From Ardenticatenaceae bacterium (GTDB taxonomy: Bacteria; Chloroflexota; Anaerolineae; Promineifilales; Promineifilaceae): DNA of 64,000 nt. The notes below the pieces were generated by a model that saw only the letters and a list, made by a program, of their open reading frames with translations, made no database searches and was not told the DNA's origin. The translations under genes were made by a program, and so were the position numbers. The stretch's first letter is position 1, and every line of letters starts with the position of its first letter. The stretch is taken from assembly GCA_020634215.1 (NCBI GenBank), contig JACKCD010000019.1, positions 30,975 to 94,974 of the forward strand. Direction: 5' to 3'. Of the stretch, positions 19,040 to 28,804 are shown piece by piece.

Positions 19040-22000
19040 ATGATGGCGAAAACGGGAAATGCAAATTTGACGAAGCAACTGAATATTGAGCATTATTTGC
19101 AGGAGGCATTTATTCAACATGCCATCAATAATCGGGGATTTTTGAAATCGGCCCGACGTTCGGCTTTGGTAGTAGACAGATTAGCAAAGCTGTTTTGGGA
19201 TTATATGGCGGGGACGGTGGGGGAAACGGCCGTTACTGTGGCCGCTTCGGAAATGGCAGAGCAAGGGCTGGTGGTGGAAAGTGGGGCACGGCTAATGCAG
19301 GCACTTAATCGGGTGCCGTGGGAAACGATGGAAGAGGAAACGGCCGTTTTTGTTAAGATCGGCGATTTCCAAATTCTCTTTCTGGAAAAATTGGCTCAGG
19401 CTCACGTGGCTCTGGAGCATACCTTTCGTGAACAGTCACAAATTGCCCTACAGAGAGCCTTGCACAGCCAGCTAGACCAGCAGCGGCTGCTTCAGCAAGC
19501 CCAGGAGCGCCGTAACAAAACGCTGCAGGATCTGATTGGGCTAAACAGCCATTTGGCGACCTTAAATGAAGAAAACAAGCTGCTGCACCAGGCTATAACG
19601 GGTGTTGTCCAGATTCTGCAGCTTGATTTGGCAGCAATTTGTGTGTTTGATGCCGTTGAAAACCGCTGGATTGTGAAGGATAGTACTGACTCAAGTCATG
19701 CCCCAGGGCGATTGATTGAATCCCGGTTGGCAATGATTTTGGACAACGCGCAGGGTAATCGGGAGGGTGAATACCGAGAATATTATCAGACTAGCGATGG
19801 TAACAGTACGCTGTTAATGGCACTGACGCTGCCGGATATTAACAACCAGACGGGTGGCGTGGTGACGCAGAGCAGTTCGCTGCGAGCCGATTTGGCTGAA
19901 ACGCCGATTTTGTTGCGGGCATTTGCCCAAGAATTGTGGTCGCTTTGGCGAACGGCCGTTTTCTTCCAACAAATTCAATATCGCTCACGAGAGCTGGAAG
20001 TGATGCAGGGACGGTATCTTGACTCGCTTTGGAACAGCGAATTTGCTGGTGTTCATGCAACTTATCACGACCACAGCCTGATGCTGAACCGCGTCACGAA
20101 TCCTGTTAGCGATGACCTGGATGGGGCAAAATTTAATTTGAAAGTGGGTGAGCAACCCTTTGGGCACGTCGTGCTGCCACCTGGCCTGATGTTGCCAGAT
20201 GAAGACATAGCTTTTGTGGAAGAGCTGGTCAAAGAGATGGGGAGTGCGCTCAACAATGCCAAGCTGCTGCAATCTGCCAGTGCCAGCTCGAACCAGCTTG
20301 GTGTGGCGGCCGAAGTGTCGCGGCGTGTGACGACCATTCTAGACCGCAATGTGCTGATTGAGCAGGTGGTGGAACTGGTACGCGAGCGGTTTGGTCTGTA
20401 CTACGTGGGGCTGTTTTTGGTAGACAGCAGTGGAGAAACGGCCGTTTTGCAGGCCGGTACTGGTGAAGCAGGGCGCATTCAAATTGAGCGTGGGTTCAAG
20501 CATATTGTCGGTGGCCCTTCCATGATTGGAACGGCCGTTTCCCGGGGCGAGGCAATTGTGGAACAGGACGTTTCGCAGGCAAAAGCATTCCAGCCAAACC
20601 CGCTCTTACCCCATACCCGGTCAGAATTGGCACTGCCGCTGCGGGCAGGTGAACGCACCATTGGGGCATTGACGGTGCAGCATGTGGCTTTGGGTGCCTT
20701 CCCGGAAGAGACCGTTGCCATTCTGCAAAGTTTGGCCGACCAACTTGCCATTGCTATTGAAAATGCCGGGCTGTTTACGCAGTTGGAATCCACCTTGACG
20801 GAGTTGACAACAACCCTTAGTGAAACCAGCAATTTGTATGAAACCAGCCGCCATTTGAGTGAGGCCACGACCGCAACCGATGTATTTCGGGCACTCATTG
20901 ATTTTGCCGCTAAGTCACAGCAGTTTGATATGGCTGCCGTGGTAACGTATGATCCAGCTAACCTGGACTTTTTGCTTTGCCCGGTGCTGTGGGGGATGAC
21001 ACAACAGCCGTTTGATCCCAACACGCGCTATCCCTTTGACCAATTCAACCTGGGGGAATATCAATTCCGGTTGCTGTTGATTGATGATTTGAAGGACACA
21101 ACGGCCGTTCAGCACACCATCCAGCAATTCTTCCTCGCCAACGGCTTTCGCTCCCTGGCTTTGCTGCCGATTGTTTATGAGACAGAGTGGCTAGGCACCC
21201 TGGCACTTTGCCGCACCCAGCCAAGCCAGCTTGATTTGCAAGAGCTACAGCCTTTTGTCACCCTGGCTGACCAGGCGGCCGTTGTGCTTTCCAACCAAAA
21301 GCTGCTTGAGGAAACCAACACGCTTTACACCATCAACAACCTGTTGACCAAGGCCATTACCCGCGATCTGGCACTGTCTGAAGCGGTTGGCTATGTGGCT
21401 CGGTATATTGGGGTGCCTCAATGCCGCTTTGTTTTGTTTGAACAGCAGAAAGACGTGGCAACTGTTGTGGCAACCACGGCGCAGGATTTTGTACAAAAAC
21501 AGCCAACTCAGTTTGAAATTGTGGGTGATTATGTATTTGCTGCCCTGCAAGAGTCGGGTGAGCCTTTGTTGCTGTTGCAGGGCGATGAAATGCTGCCGCA
21601 GCCCTGTAAGGCTCGGCATCTTGAGGCGTTTGATGCCCATGCGTCGTATATCATTCCGGCAGCTAGTCAGCAGGAATTGATTGGCTATATGGCACTGGAT
21701 TCAACGGGTAGTTTACGGCCGTTTACCGAAAAAAATATTAAATTTGCCCAGGCTGTGGTCGAACAGGCCACCATCCAGATTGAAAACCTAAAGTTGTACG
21801 AAGATGCGCTTAGCCGTGCCCAAGAACTTGTCCGCCTGAACCACATCGGCTCCGCCATTTCTAGTACGCTAAACATCAATACCCTGTCTAAAACAGTTTA
21901 TGAGCAAGTTGGCACACTACTGGACAATACCATCTTTGTTCTGGCTCAATATCAACCAGAAAATGCTACCTATACGCCAGCCTTTACCACAGCCAACGGG

Positions 22001-23095
22001 CATCGGCTCATGCTGGGGTCTAAACAAGTGAAACCCAGCGAGCCACTTTATCAGATTATCCATAGCGATCAGCCCGTTCTGACCGGTGAGGATACCGGCA
22101 CATTCTTGCCCCAACTTTCGCGTGAGCTTTCTGTGCTGCCTCGTTCTGGTATTTGGGTCGCTTTACGCCAAGAGGGCAAACCGGCCGGCTTCATCAGCCT
22201 GCAATCCTACGATCCCTATGCCTACACTGAAAATGGCGCACAGTTACTGCGTACTGTCGCCACACAAGCCAGCCTGTCCATTGCCAATGCCCAGCTATTT
22301 CAGCGCATTCAGAAAAGCCTAGAAGAAATTCAAGCTGCCAACGCCAAATTGCGCGAACTCGATGAATTAAAAACACAATTCCTGGCAAATATGTCGCATG
22401 AGCTGCGTACACCCTTAAATTCTATCATTGGCTTCTCTCGCGTCATTCTCAAAGGGATTGACGGCCCCATTACTGAAGCCCAAGAGGAAGACCTCAATAC
22501 CATCTACAGAAATGGACAACACTTGCTGGCTCTCATCAACGAAATTCTCGACATGGCAAAAATCGAAGCTGGTAAAATGACGCTAAGCTTCGAGCAGGTT
22601 GATTTGTCTGAAATAGCGCGGACGGTTCATGCCATAACCGTTGGTCTTGTCAAAGAATCCGATATTGCATTGGTTTGGAACATTGCCCCACAATTACCCC
22701 AAATTGAAGCTGACCCCATTCGTATTCGCCAAATCTTGATCAACTTGTTGTCTAATGCAGCCAAATTCACCAGCAAAGGGCAGATTGAATTAGCGATCAA
22801 CCAATCATCAAGTAACGAAGTTCATATTGCTGTACGTGATTCAGGTATTGGTATTGCAAAAGAGAATTATGAAAAACTCTTTGCTGCCTTTGAACAAGTA
22901 GACAGCTCAACAACCCGTGTCGTCGGGGGCACTGGCTTGGGGCTTCCCATCACCAAATGGTTAATCAACATGCATGGAGGTTCTATTGAAGTTGAAAGTG
23001 AGTTAAACAAAGGCACTACGTTCCACGTGAAGCTGCCAGTCAAGCAGTTAGGCGCACCTAATAACAGTATACATTTTATTGGAAACAATCATTAG
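19040..23095 (+). CDS. Large multi-GAF sensor histidine kinase
   Basis: 1351 aa. H-box FLANMSHELRTPLNSIIGF. HATPase_c N/G boxes (LLSNAAKFT, DSGIGI, GGTGLGL). Several GAF-like segments. Confidence 0.9.
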   Translation: MMAKTGNANLTKQLNIEHYLQEAFIQHAINNRGFLKSARRSALVVDRLAKLFWDYMAGTVGETAVTVAASEMAEQGLVVESGARLMQALNRVPWETMEEETAVFVKIGDFQILFLEKLAQAHVALEHTFREQSQIALQRALHSQLDQQRLLQQAQERRNKTLQDLIGLNSHLATLNEENKLLHQAITGVVQILQLDLAAICVFDAVENRWIVKDSTDSSHAPGRLIESRLAMILDNAQGNREGEYREYYQTSDGNSTLLMALTLPDINNQTGGVVTQSSSLRADLAETPILLRAFAQELWSLWRTAVFFQQIQYRSRELEVMQGRYLDSLWNSEFAGVHATYHDHSLMLNRVTNPVSDDLDGAKFNLKVGEQPFGHVVLPPGLMLPDEDIAFVEELVKEMGSALNNAKLLQSASASSNQLGVAAEVSRRVTTILDRNVLIEQVVELVRERFGLYYVGLFLVDSSGETAVLQAGTGEAGRIQIERGFKHIVGGPSMIGTAVSRGEAIVEQDVSQAKAFQPNPLLPHTRSELALPLRAGERTIGALTVQHVALGAFPEETVAILQSLADQLAIAIENAGLFTQLESTLTELTTTLSETSNLYETSRHLSEATTATDVFRALIDFAAKSQQFDMAAVVTYDPANLDFLLCPVLWGMTQQPFDPNTRYPFDQFNLGEYQFRLLLIDDLKDTTAVQHTIQQFFLANGFRSLALLPIVYETEWLGTLALCRTQPSQLDLQELQPFVTLADQAAVVLSNQKLLEETNTLYTINNLLTKAITRDLALSEAVGYVARYIGVPQCRFVLFEQQKDVATVVATTAQDFVQKQPTQFEIVGDYVFAALQESGEPLLLLQGDEMLPQPCKARHLEAFDAHASYIIPAASQQELIGYMALDSTGSLRPFTEKNIKFAQAVVEQATIQIENLKLYEDALSRAQELVRLNHIGSAISSTLNINTLSKTVYEQVGTLLDNTIFVLAQYQPENATYTPAFTTANGHRLMLGSKQVKPSEPLYQIIHSDQPVLTGEDTGTFLPQLSRELSVLPRSGIWVALRQEGKPAGFISLQSYDPYAYTENGAQLLRTVATQASLSIANAQLFQRIQKSLEEIQAANAKLRELDELKTQFLANMSHELRTPLNSIIGFSRVILKGIDGPITEAQEEDLNTIYRNGQHLLALINEILDMAKIEAGKMTLSFEQVDLSEIARTVHAITVGLVKESDIALVWNIAPQLPQIEADPIRIRQILINLLSNAAKFTSKGQIELAINQSSSNEVHIAVRDSGIGIAKENYEKLFAAFEQVDSSTTRVVGGTGLGLPITKWLINMHGGSIEVESELNKGTTFHVKLPVKQLGAPNNSIHFIGNNH

Positions 23096-23112
23096 CTTAA
23101 GTAAAGTATCGC

Positions 23113-24825
23113 ATGAGAAATTTTCATTTGGTTTGTAGAAATTGCCAGACACAATTTCTATATACAAAACCGGTTGAAGGGTGTCCTGTTTGTAGCAGCA
23201 CGCAGTTAGACGCTTGCTATGATCTGTCTAGTCTACAAAAACAAAATGGAAATGGTTATCACTCCAAGTGGGTTGATCAATTAGCTGAGCGGGGAGCCAC
23301 CATGTGGCGTTACCGCGAACTGCTTCCAATCTGTAACGACGAAAACATTATTACATTAGGGGAAGGGTGGACACCGCTTCTTCGTGCCAAGAACTTGGGC
23401 CTCATGCTTGGCCACCCTAATATTTATCTTAAAGACGAGCGCCAGGGGCCAACAAACTCATTTAAGGATCGTCAGGCAGCCGTAGCCGTGAGCGCGATGC
23501 AGGAGGCGGGAGTCAAAGAGGCGGTTGTTGCCTCAACAGGCAATGTTGCCATTGCCTACTCGGCTTACTGCACGCGGGCTGGCATAAAGCTGTGGGCGTT
23601 TGTAACCAATTCGATACCGGCCGAAAAGGTACGCGAAATTGCCATTTATGGCTCTGAAGTCATTATTGTGGCTAGTACCTATGATGATGCCAAAAAAGTG
23701 GCGGCCGATTTTGCCCATGACAAGGGTTTCTTTTTGGATCGCGGCATTAAAAGTATTGCTGCCAAAGAGGCTATGAAAACGGTAGCCTTTGAGATTGCTG
23801 AGCAGCTTGGCACCCTACGCGCCGGTGGTGATCCTTCTATGCCAAATGGAAACCGCCACCCGTGGCAAACACCGGACTGGTTTATTCAGGCCGTTAGTGG
23901 TGGTATGGGGCCTGTGGGGGTGATGAAGGGGTTCCAAGAGTTGAAGGATCTGGGGCTGGTTGAAAAATTGCCTAAGCTGGCTTGTATTCAGGTCGCAGGC
24001 TGTGCTCCGATGGCTAATTCATTTAAAAAAGGGTTGGCAGTTGCAGAAAATGTTGAGGAACCGGAGACAGATATTACAACATTGGCAACTGGGTTTCCTG
24101 GCGAGGCGTATCAGGTGCTGCGGCAGTTGATTTTGGAGCATGGTGGTACCATGGAAACGGTGACTGACCAAGAGGCGTTTAATGCCTTGCGAATGATGGC
24201 TAAGATGGATGGCATTTCGGTTGAGCCAGCAACGGCCGTTGCGTTTGCTGGTCTATTTAAACTCATCCGTGCCGGTGTGATCCGCCCCCATGAAACCGTG
24301 GTGGTCAACTGCTCTGGCCATACTTTCCCCGTGGAGAAGCATATTGTTGGTGAAAACCAAATGCGGAATATGGTTCTCAACGAAGCCGAAGCCCATAAAT
24401 TTGACCTGACAGACAGTGGCGATATTGTCACATCCCATGAAGATATTGACCAGCGCCAGAAGCATGTCGTCATTGTGGAGGACAATGAGGATTCGCTCAA
24501 ACTGATTCGCCGCATCTTGCAATCTCACAGCGATTTGCATATAGATGAAGCGGCCGATGGAGTAATTGGCCTTGAAAAAATCAGGACAATTCAGCCAGAT
24601 TTGGTATTATTGGATTTGACCATGCCTGGCCTGGATGGTTTTTCTATTGTTGAGGCGATGAAAGGGGATAAGCATTTAAAAGATATTCCTGTTATTGTCA
24701 TTACGGCTCGCGATCTTTCTGTTCTTGAGCGCAAGCGGTTAGATGGAAAAATTAAGGCGTTGCTTCAGAAGGGGTCGTTTATGATAACGGAGTTGGTTGA
24801 GGGTATCCAGCAGGCACTTCTTTAA
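23113..24825 (+). CDS. Threonine-synthase-like PLP enzyme (fold type II) with N-terminal Zn ribbon and a C-terminal receiver (REC) domain
   Basis: 570 aa. CRNC...CPVC ribbon. PLP-lysine motif NSFKDRQAAV. C-terminal VVIVEDNEDS...LVLLDLTMPGLDG...ITARD is a REC pattern. Confidence 0.75.
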   Translation: MRNFHLVCRNCQTQFLYTKPVEGCPVCSSTQLDACYDLSSLQKQNGNGYHSKWVDQLAERGATMWRYRELLPICNDENIITLGEGWTPLLRAKNLGLMLGHPNIYLKDERQGPTNSFKDRQAAVAVSAMQEAGVKEAVVASTGNVAIAYSAYCTRAGIKLWAFVTNSIPAEKVREIAIYGSEVIIVASTYDDAKKVAADFAHDKGFFLDRGIKSIAAKEAMKTVAFEIAEQLGTLRAGGDPSMPNGNRHPWQTPDWFIQAVSGGMGPVGVMKGFQELKDLGLVEKLPKLACIQVAGCAPMANSFKKGLAVAENVEEPETDITTLATGFPGEAYQVLRQLILEHGGTMETVTDQEAFNALRMMAKMDGISVEPATAVAFAGLFKLIRAGVIRPHETVVVNCSGHTFPVEKHIVGENQMRNMVLNEAEAHKFDLTDSGDIVTSHEDIDQRQKHVVIVEDNEDSLKLIRRILQSHSDLHIDEAADGVIGLEKIRTIQPDLVLLDLTMPGLDGFSIVEAMKGDKHLKDIPVIVITARDLSVLERKRLDGKIKALLQKGSFMITELVEGIQQALL

Positions 24826-24992
24826 GACGTTTTGCAAGAAATAATGATTAAGCTTGCTAAATTAGCATACCAAACATTGGTGTGGATGTCATGTTGCGAG
24901 TAGTGGGTGAAATAATTTTATACAAGGGATCATCTTGCTGTGTCGTTCCCCAAACGGTTTGAGAGCCAAGAGATGATTTCCATAAAAGGCAC

Positions 24993-26258
24993 TTGATTAT
25001 CAATACTGTAGTTGAGTATACACGGCCTGTCAAAATACTTTATATTGAAGACAACAACGCTAGTCGGTTGCTTGTTCAGCGTGTGTTGGGTAGCAAGGGA
25101 TATGAGGTATATGTTGCCAATGATGGGCTAGAAGGCATTACGATTGCTCGTGAGCAACAGCCACGGCTTATCCTGATGGATATTAATTTACCCAACATGG
25201 ATGGCCGAGAGATTACGACGCGCCTACGCAGTATTCCTCATTTTGCGAATGTCCCCATTGTTGCTTTAACAGCAAATAACAGCCCTGGCAGCCGTGAACT
25301 TGCTTTGGCGGCCGGCTGCACGGGCTTCCTGACTAAGCCAATCAACGTTTCGCAATTTCCCAAGCAAGTTGAAGATTTTTTGCAGGGGCGAATTGAGCCA
25401 CTGAGTGAAACAGAGCGGGCACAACATTTGCAACTTCATGCACAAAAACTGGTTGAGCGGTTAGAAAGCAAGGTGCGTGAGTTGGAAAATGTGAACAAGC
25501 GGTTGCGCGAACTGGATCAGATGAAAAGTGATTTCATTGTCTTGGTTTCGCATGAACTACGAACGCCTTTAACTTTGATCAGTGGCTATTCTTACTTGCT
25601 TGAAGAAAATTTGAAGCGAGCAGAGAAGATAGTTGCGGTAGAGTCTTTAAGTAATGTTGCTGTTGGCCTAAATTTAGGTGTTGCCCGTATGCAAGAGGTC
25701 ATTGATGAGATCATCAATTTTTCACGGGTGGCGGCCGGCATGTTGGATTTATCGTTTGGGCCAGTTTCCTTACAGGCATTGTTTAACGATATTGAGCAGG
25801 AATTTAGCAAAATATGTGAGAAACGGCATCTGTCTTTGCATATGGGTGATTTTTATCATTTGCCATTGATTGAGGGTGATGGGAATCAGTTGCGGCTGGC
25901 GTTTTCCAATTTGTTAAGCAACGCCATAAAATTTACGCCTGATGGTGGCCACATTTATGTAGTTGGGCGTACTGTAGGCAATATTGTGGAAGTTTTGGTG
26001 CGGGATACGGGTATTGGGATTCCTGCTGAAGAGCAAAGCCGAATTTTTGAACAGTTTTATGTGTTAGGCTCTATTGAGCACCATTCAACAAGCAAACATG
26101 CTTTTCAAGGTGGCGGGTTAGGGCTTGGGTTGGCAGTGGCAAAGGGTATTTTTGAAGCGCATAACGGCCGTATTTCTGTAGAAAGTGAACGCCGTGACCT
26201 GGATAATTTACCTGGCAGCACCTTCCATATTTTCTTACCTATAAAAAGACAGCTTTAG
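24993..26258 (+). CDS. Hybrid REC-histidine kinase (N-terminal receiver, HisKA, HATPase_c)
   Basis: 421 aa. ILYIEDNNAS...LILMDINLPNMDG. H-box LVSHELRTPLTLISGY. DTGIGI and GGGLGLGL boxes. Confidence 0.9.
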   Translation: MIINTVVEYTRPVKILYIEDNNASRLLVQRVLGSKGYEVYVANDGLEGITIAREQQPRLILMDINLPNMDGREITTRLRSIPHFANVPIVALTANNSPGSRELALAAGCTGFLTKPINVSQFPKQVEDFLQGRIEPLSETERAQHLQLHAQKLVERLESKVRELENVNKRLRELDQMKSDFIVLVSHELRTPLTLISGYSYLLEENLKRAEKIVAVESLSNVAVGLNLGVARMQEVIDEIINFSRVAAGMLDLSFGPVSLQALFNDIEQEFSKICEKRHLSLHMGDFYHLPLIEGDGNQLRLAFSNLLSNAIKFTPDGGHIYVVGRTVGNIVEVLVRDTGIGIPAEEQSRIFEQFYVLGSIEHHSTSKHAFQGGGLGLGLAVAKGIFEAHNGRISVESERRDLDNLPGSTFHIFLPIKRQL

Positions 26259-26539
26259 TTTCGCTTACTTTTGCTCCTTTCAAACCTTGTATGTAAAGTA
26301 TATACAAATTTAGTCTCAAATCTTTGTAAACAGTTGACAAAACTACGTATCTCAGGTAGTTTATCAGCCATAATGTTAATAGTACTTTGGTACTAGAATG
26401 TTTATTTTGTTTGTAACATTTCTATGCTAATGTGTATCTCATTGTAATTGAGAGCTATTAATTTGAGCAAGAGCAAGGACGAGACTATCTCAGGTAGTTG
26501 ATTCAATTTATTATCTAACACCTTGGGCTTAGGCAAACT

Positions 26540-27592
26540 GTGTCTAGGTTGTTTTATGCTTTTATGCAAGAAAAATATAGGAGTAAGAATATGCCAGCGC
26601 AAACTAGCGAAACTACGCCTCTTTCATTGCCGCAAGCTGCAAGTACACAAGTAGGGACAAATAGTGTGAAAAGTCAAGCAACAAATTGGTACAAAGGATT
26701 ACAATGGGCACTTTTATCACCCTTGTTTCTTGGCACCATTCCAATTCTGGCAAAAATAGCTTATGCGGCTGGTGTCAATGTTTTCACAGTGGTTGCATTT
26801 CGGACTATTTTTGCAGCATCGCTGCTGTGGGTTGCCGTTTTTATTTTTCAACGAAAATATATTCATACATCTTCGCCGGCATTAGCCAGTAGCTTGTTTA
26901 TCGGTGCCATTAATGGGATTGGTTCCATTTTCTTTTATGCTAGTCTTACCCGGATTGATGCGTCTCTTGGTCAATTAATTAACATCACTTATCTTGTTTT
27001 TGTTACCCTCTTTTTGCGTCTAAGTGGTCAGACCGTCTCTTTCATTACTTTGTTGCGTACGTTGCTTGCCATTACCGGGATATATATTTTGACCATTGGC
27101 GGTATTGGCTCACCAGATTGGATTGGTGTTGGGATGATGATGGTTGGAGCCATTATGTTTGCCATTCATTTGGTGATGAGCCAGCGGATTTTATATGAAA
27201 CACCTGCACAAACTATGACATTATATGCATTAACAGCTATGGCTATTGTGGTGACAATTGCCTGGTTTATTTTTCCGTCTGATTTGCGTCTTGTTTCGGT
27301 GGCAGGTTGGCGGGCGATTGTGTTGATGGGATTGGTGACGAGCATTTCGCGCTTAACGTTGTTCCTGGGTGTTAAGCATATGGGTAGTATGCAAACGGCC
27401 TTGTTGAATATTCTGGAGGTCGTGGTAAGTATTGTGTTGGCGATTGTTTTCTTAGGGGAAACGATGACGTTGACGCAGGTGTTGGGTGCGGTTGTGCTGT
27501 TGTCAAGCGTGCTGTTAGTGCGCTTTGAGCGTGGTGTTCCCCGTTTTGTGGACTGGTGGCGTTTTTTCTGGCGACTGCGTATTCCCCGTTAA
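26540..27592 (+). CDS. EamA/DMT-family transporter; likely start at ATG 26591
   Basis: About 10 predicted TM segments and duplicated EamA-like halves. The ORF-track start is a non-ATG codon upstream of MPAQTSE. Confidence 0.7.
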   Translation: MSRLFYAFMQEKYRSKNMPAQTSETTPLSLPQAASTQVGTNSVKSQATNWYKGLQWALLSPLFLGTIPILAKIAYAAGVNVFTVVAFRTIFAASLLWVAVFIFQRKYIHTSSPALASSLFIGAINGIGSIFFYASLTRIDASLGQLINITYLVFVTLFLRLSGQTVSFITLLRTLLAITGIYILTIGGIGSPDWIGVGMMMVGAIMFAIHLVMSQRILYETPAQTMTLYALTAMAIVVTIAWFIFPSDLRLVSVAGWRAIVLMGLVTSISRLTLFLGVKHMGSMQTALLNILEVVVSIVLAIVFLGETMTLTQVLGAVVLLSSVLLVRFERGVPRFVDWWRFFWRLRIPR

Positions 27593-27737
27593 CTGTTCGC
27601 TGAGCGAATTCAGCTTGTTTTAAAGCACCTGCTGTACTTTTGCAGCAGGTGCTTTTGTTGTTGGTGTCAACTGGTCTGGCCTGAGGGTATAATTAGACAA
27701 ATCATAGTAACATTGTGAAGAAGGGTGAGAAACGTTT

Positions 27738-28733
27738 ATGCAAGTACATTTGTTTGAAGGAAAAGAGGCGTTTTCGGCGTTGGCGGAGACGTGGGATGAG
27801 GTGGCAATGGCGGGAATGAGTGATACGCCATTTCAAATGTGGGCGTATCAGCGGGCTTGGTGGGAGCATTTGCAGCCGGCCGGGGCGACATTGCATACGG
27901 TGGTGGCTTATGAGGATAAACGGCCGTTTGCCATTGGTTGTTTCTATTTGGTTGACGGCGTGATCCACTTTAACGGCTGTTTGGAAGAAACCGACTACCT
28001 CGATTTAATTGCGGCTCCCCAAAATGCTGAAGCGGGGTGGACGGCCGTTTTTGAAGCTTTCCATAGTCCCGATTTTCCCCAATGGCACACACTTGATTTT
28101 TGCAACGTGCCTAGCGCTTCGCCGACCCGTACCATTCTGCCCAAGCTGGCAGCCAAATATGGCTACACATGGCAAGAATCGGTGCAAGAGGTGTGCCCCG
28201 TGATTAAGCTGTCCAACACTTTTGACGGCTATTTAGACGGGATTGACAGCAAACAGCGGCGCGAGATTAACCGTAAGCTGCGTCGGGCGCAGGCCAGTGG
28301 CGTGCGGCTGCGGGTGGTGGGGGCGGAAGATGATGTGAAAACGGCCGTTGATCAATTCCTGACGTTGCTTCAATCCAGCACCTTTGAAAAACGCGACTGG
28401 CTCAACGACGGTCGCCGCGCTCTTTTTTATGACGTGGCAGCAGCGGCGCAAAAAGCAAATACGCTCCAGCTTTTGTTTGTAGAAGTAAACGGCGAGCGGG
28501 CAGCGGCTTTGTTTAACTTTGACTATAAGGGTCGCATTTGGGTTTATAATTCGGGTTTGGAGCCAAATGCGTATGGGCCGCTGAGCCTAGGCGTGGTGTT
28601 AACGGCGATGGCGATTGAGTATGCGATTGAAAACGGCTGTTCTGAGTTTGATTTTCTGCGCGGCAATGAAATTTACAAGTACCGCTTTGGCGCTCAGGAC
28701 ACCACCATTCACCGTCAGCATATTACCAAGTAG
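27738..28733 (+). CDS. GNAT-type acetyltransferase (CelD/BcsL-like, Acetyltransf_6 family)
   Basis: 331 aa. The C-terminal FDFLRGNEIYKYRFGA motif is typical of this family. Confidence 0.6.
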   Translation: MQVHLFEGKEAFSALAETWDEVAMAGMSDTPFQMWAYQRAWWEHLQPAGATLHTVVAYEDKRPFAIGCFYLVDGVIHFNGCLEETDYLDLIAAPQNAEAGWTAVFEAFHSPDFPQWHTLDFCNVPSASPTRTILPKLAAKYGYTWQESVQEVCPVIKLSNTFDGYLDGIDSKQRREINRKLRRAQASGVRLRVVGAEDDVKTAVDQFLTLLQSSTFEKRDWLNDGRRALFYDVAAAAQKANTLQLLFVEVNGERAAALFNFDYKGRIWVYNSGLEPNAYGPLSLGVVLTAMAIEYAIENGCSEFDFLRGNEIYKYRFGAQDTTIHRQHITK

Positions 28734-28755
28734 CCAGCTACGGTTTGGGTTATAC

Positions 28756-28791
28756 GATGAAAAACGGCCGTTTTAACGGCCGTTTTTCATC
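28756..28791. terminator. Bidirectional hairpin built from two copies of the iterated palindrome
   Basis: GATGAAAAACGGCCGTT tt AACGGCCGTTTTTCATC: 17-nt arms, between convergent stop codons at 28733 and 28805. Confidence 0.55.
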
Positions 28792-28804
28792 TTTGTCTTG
28801 CAAG

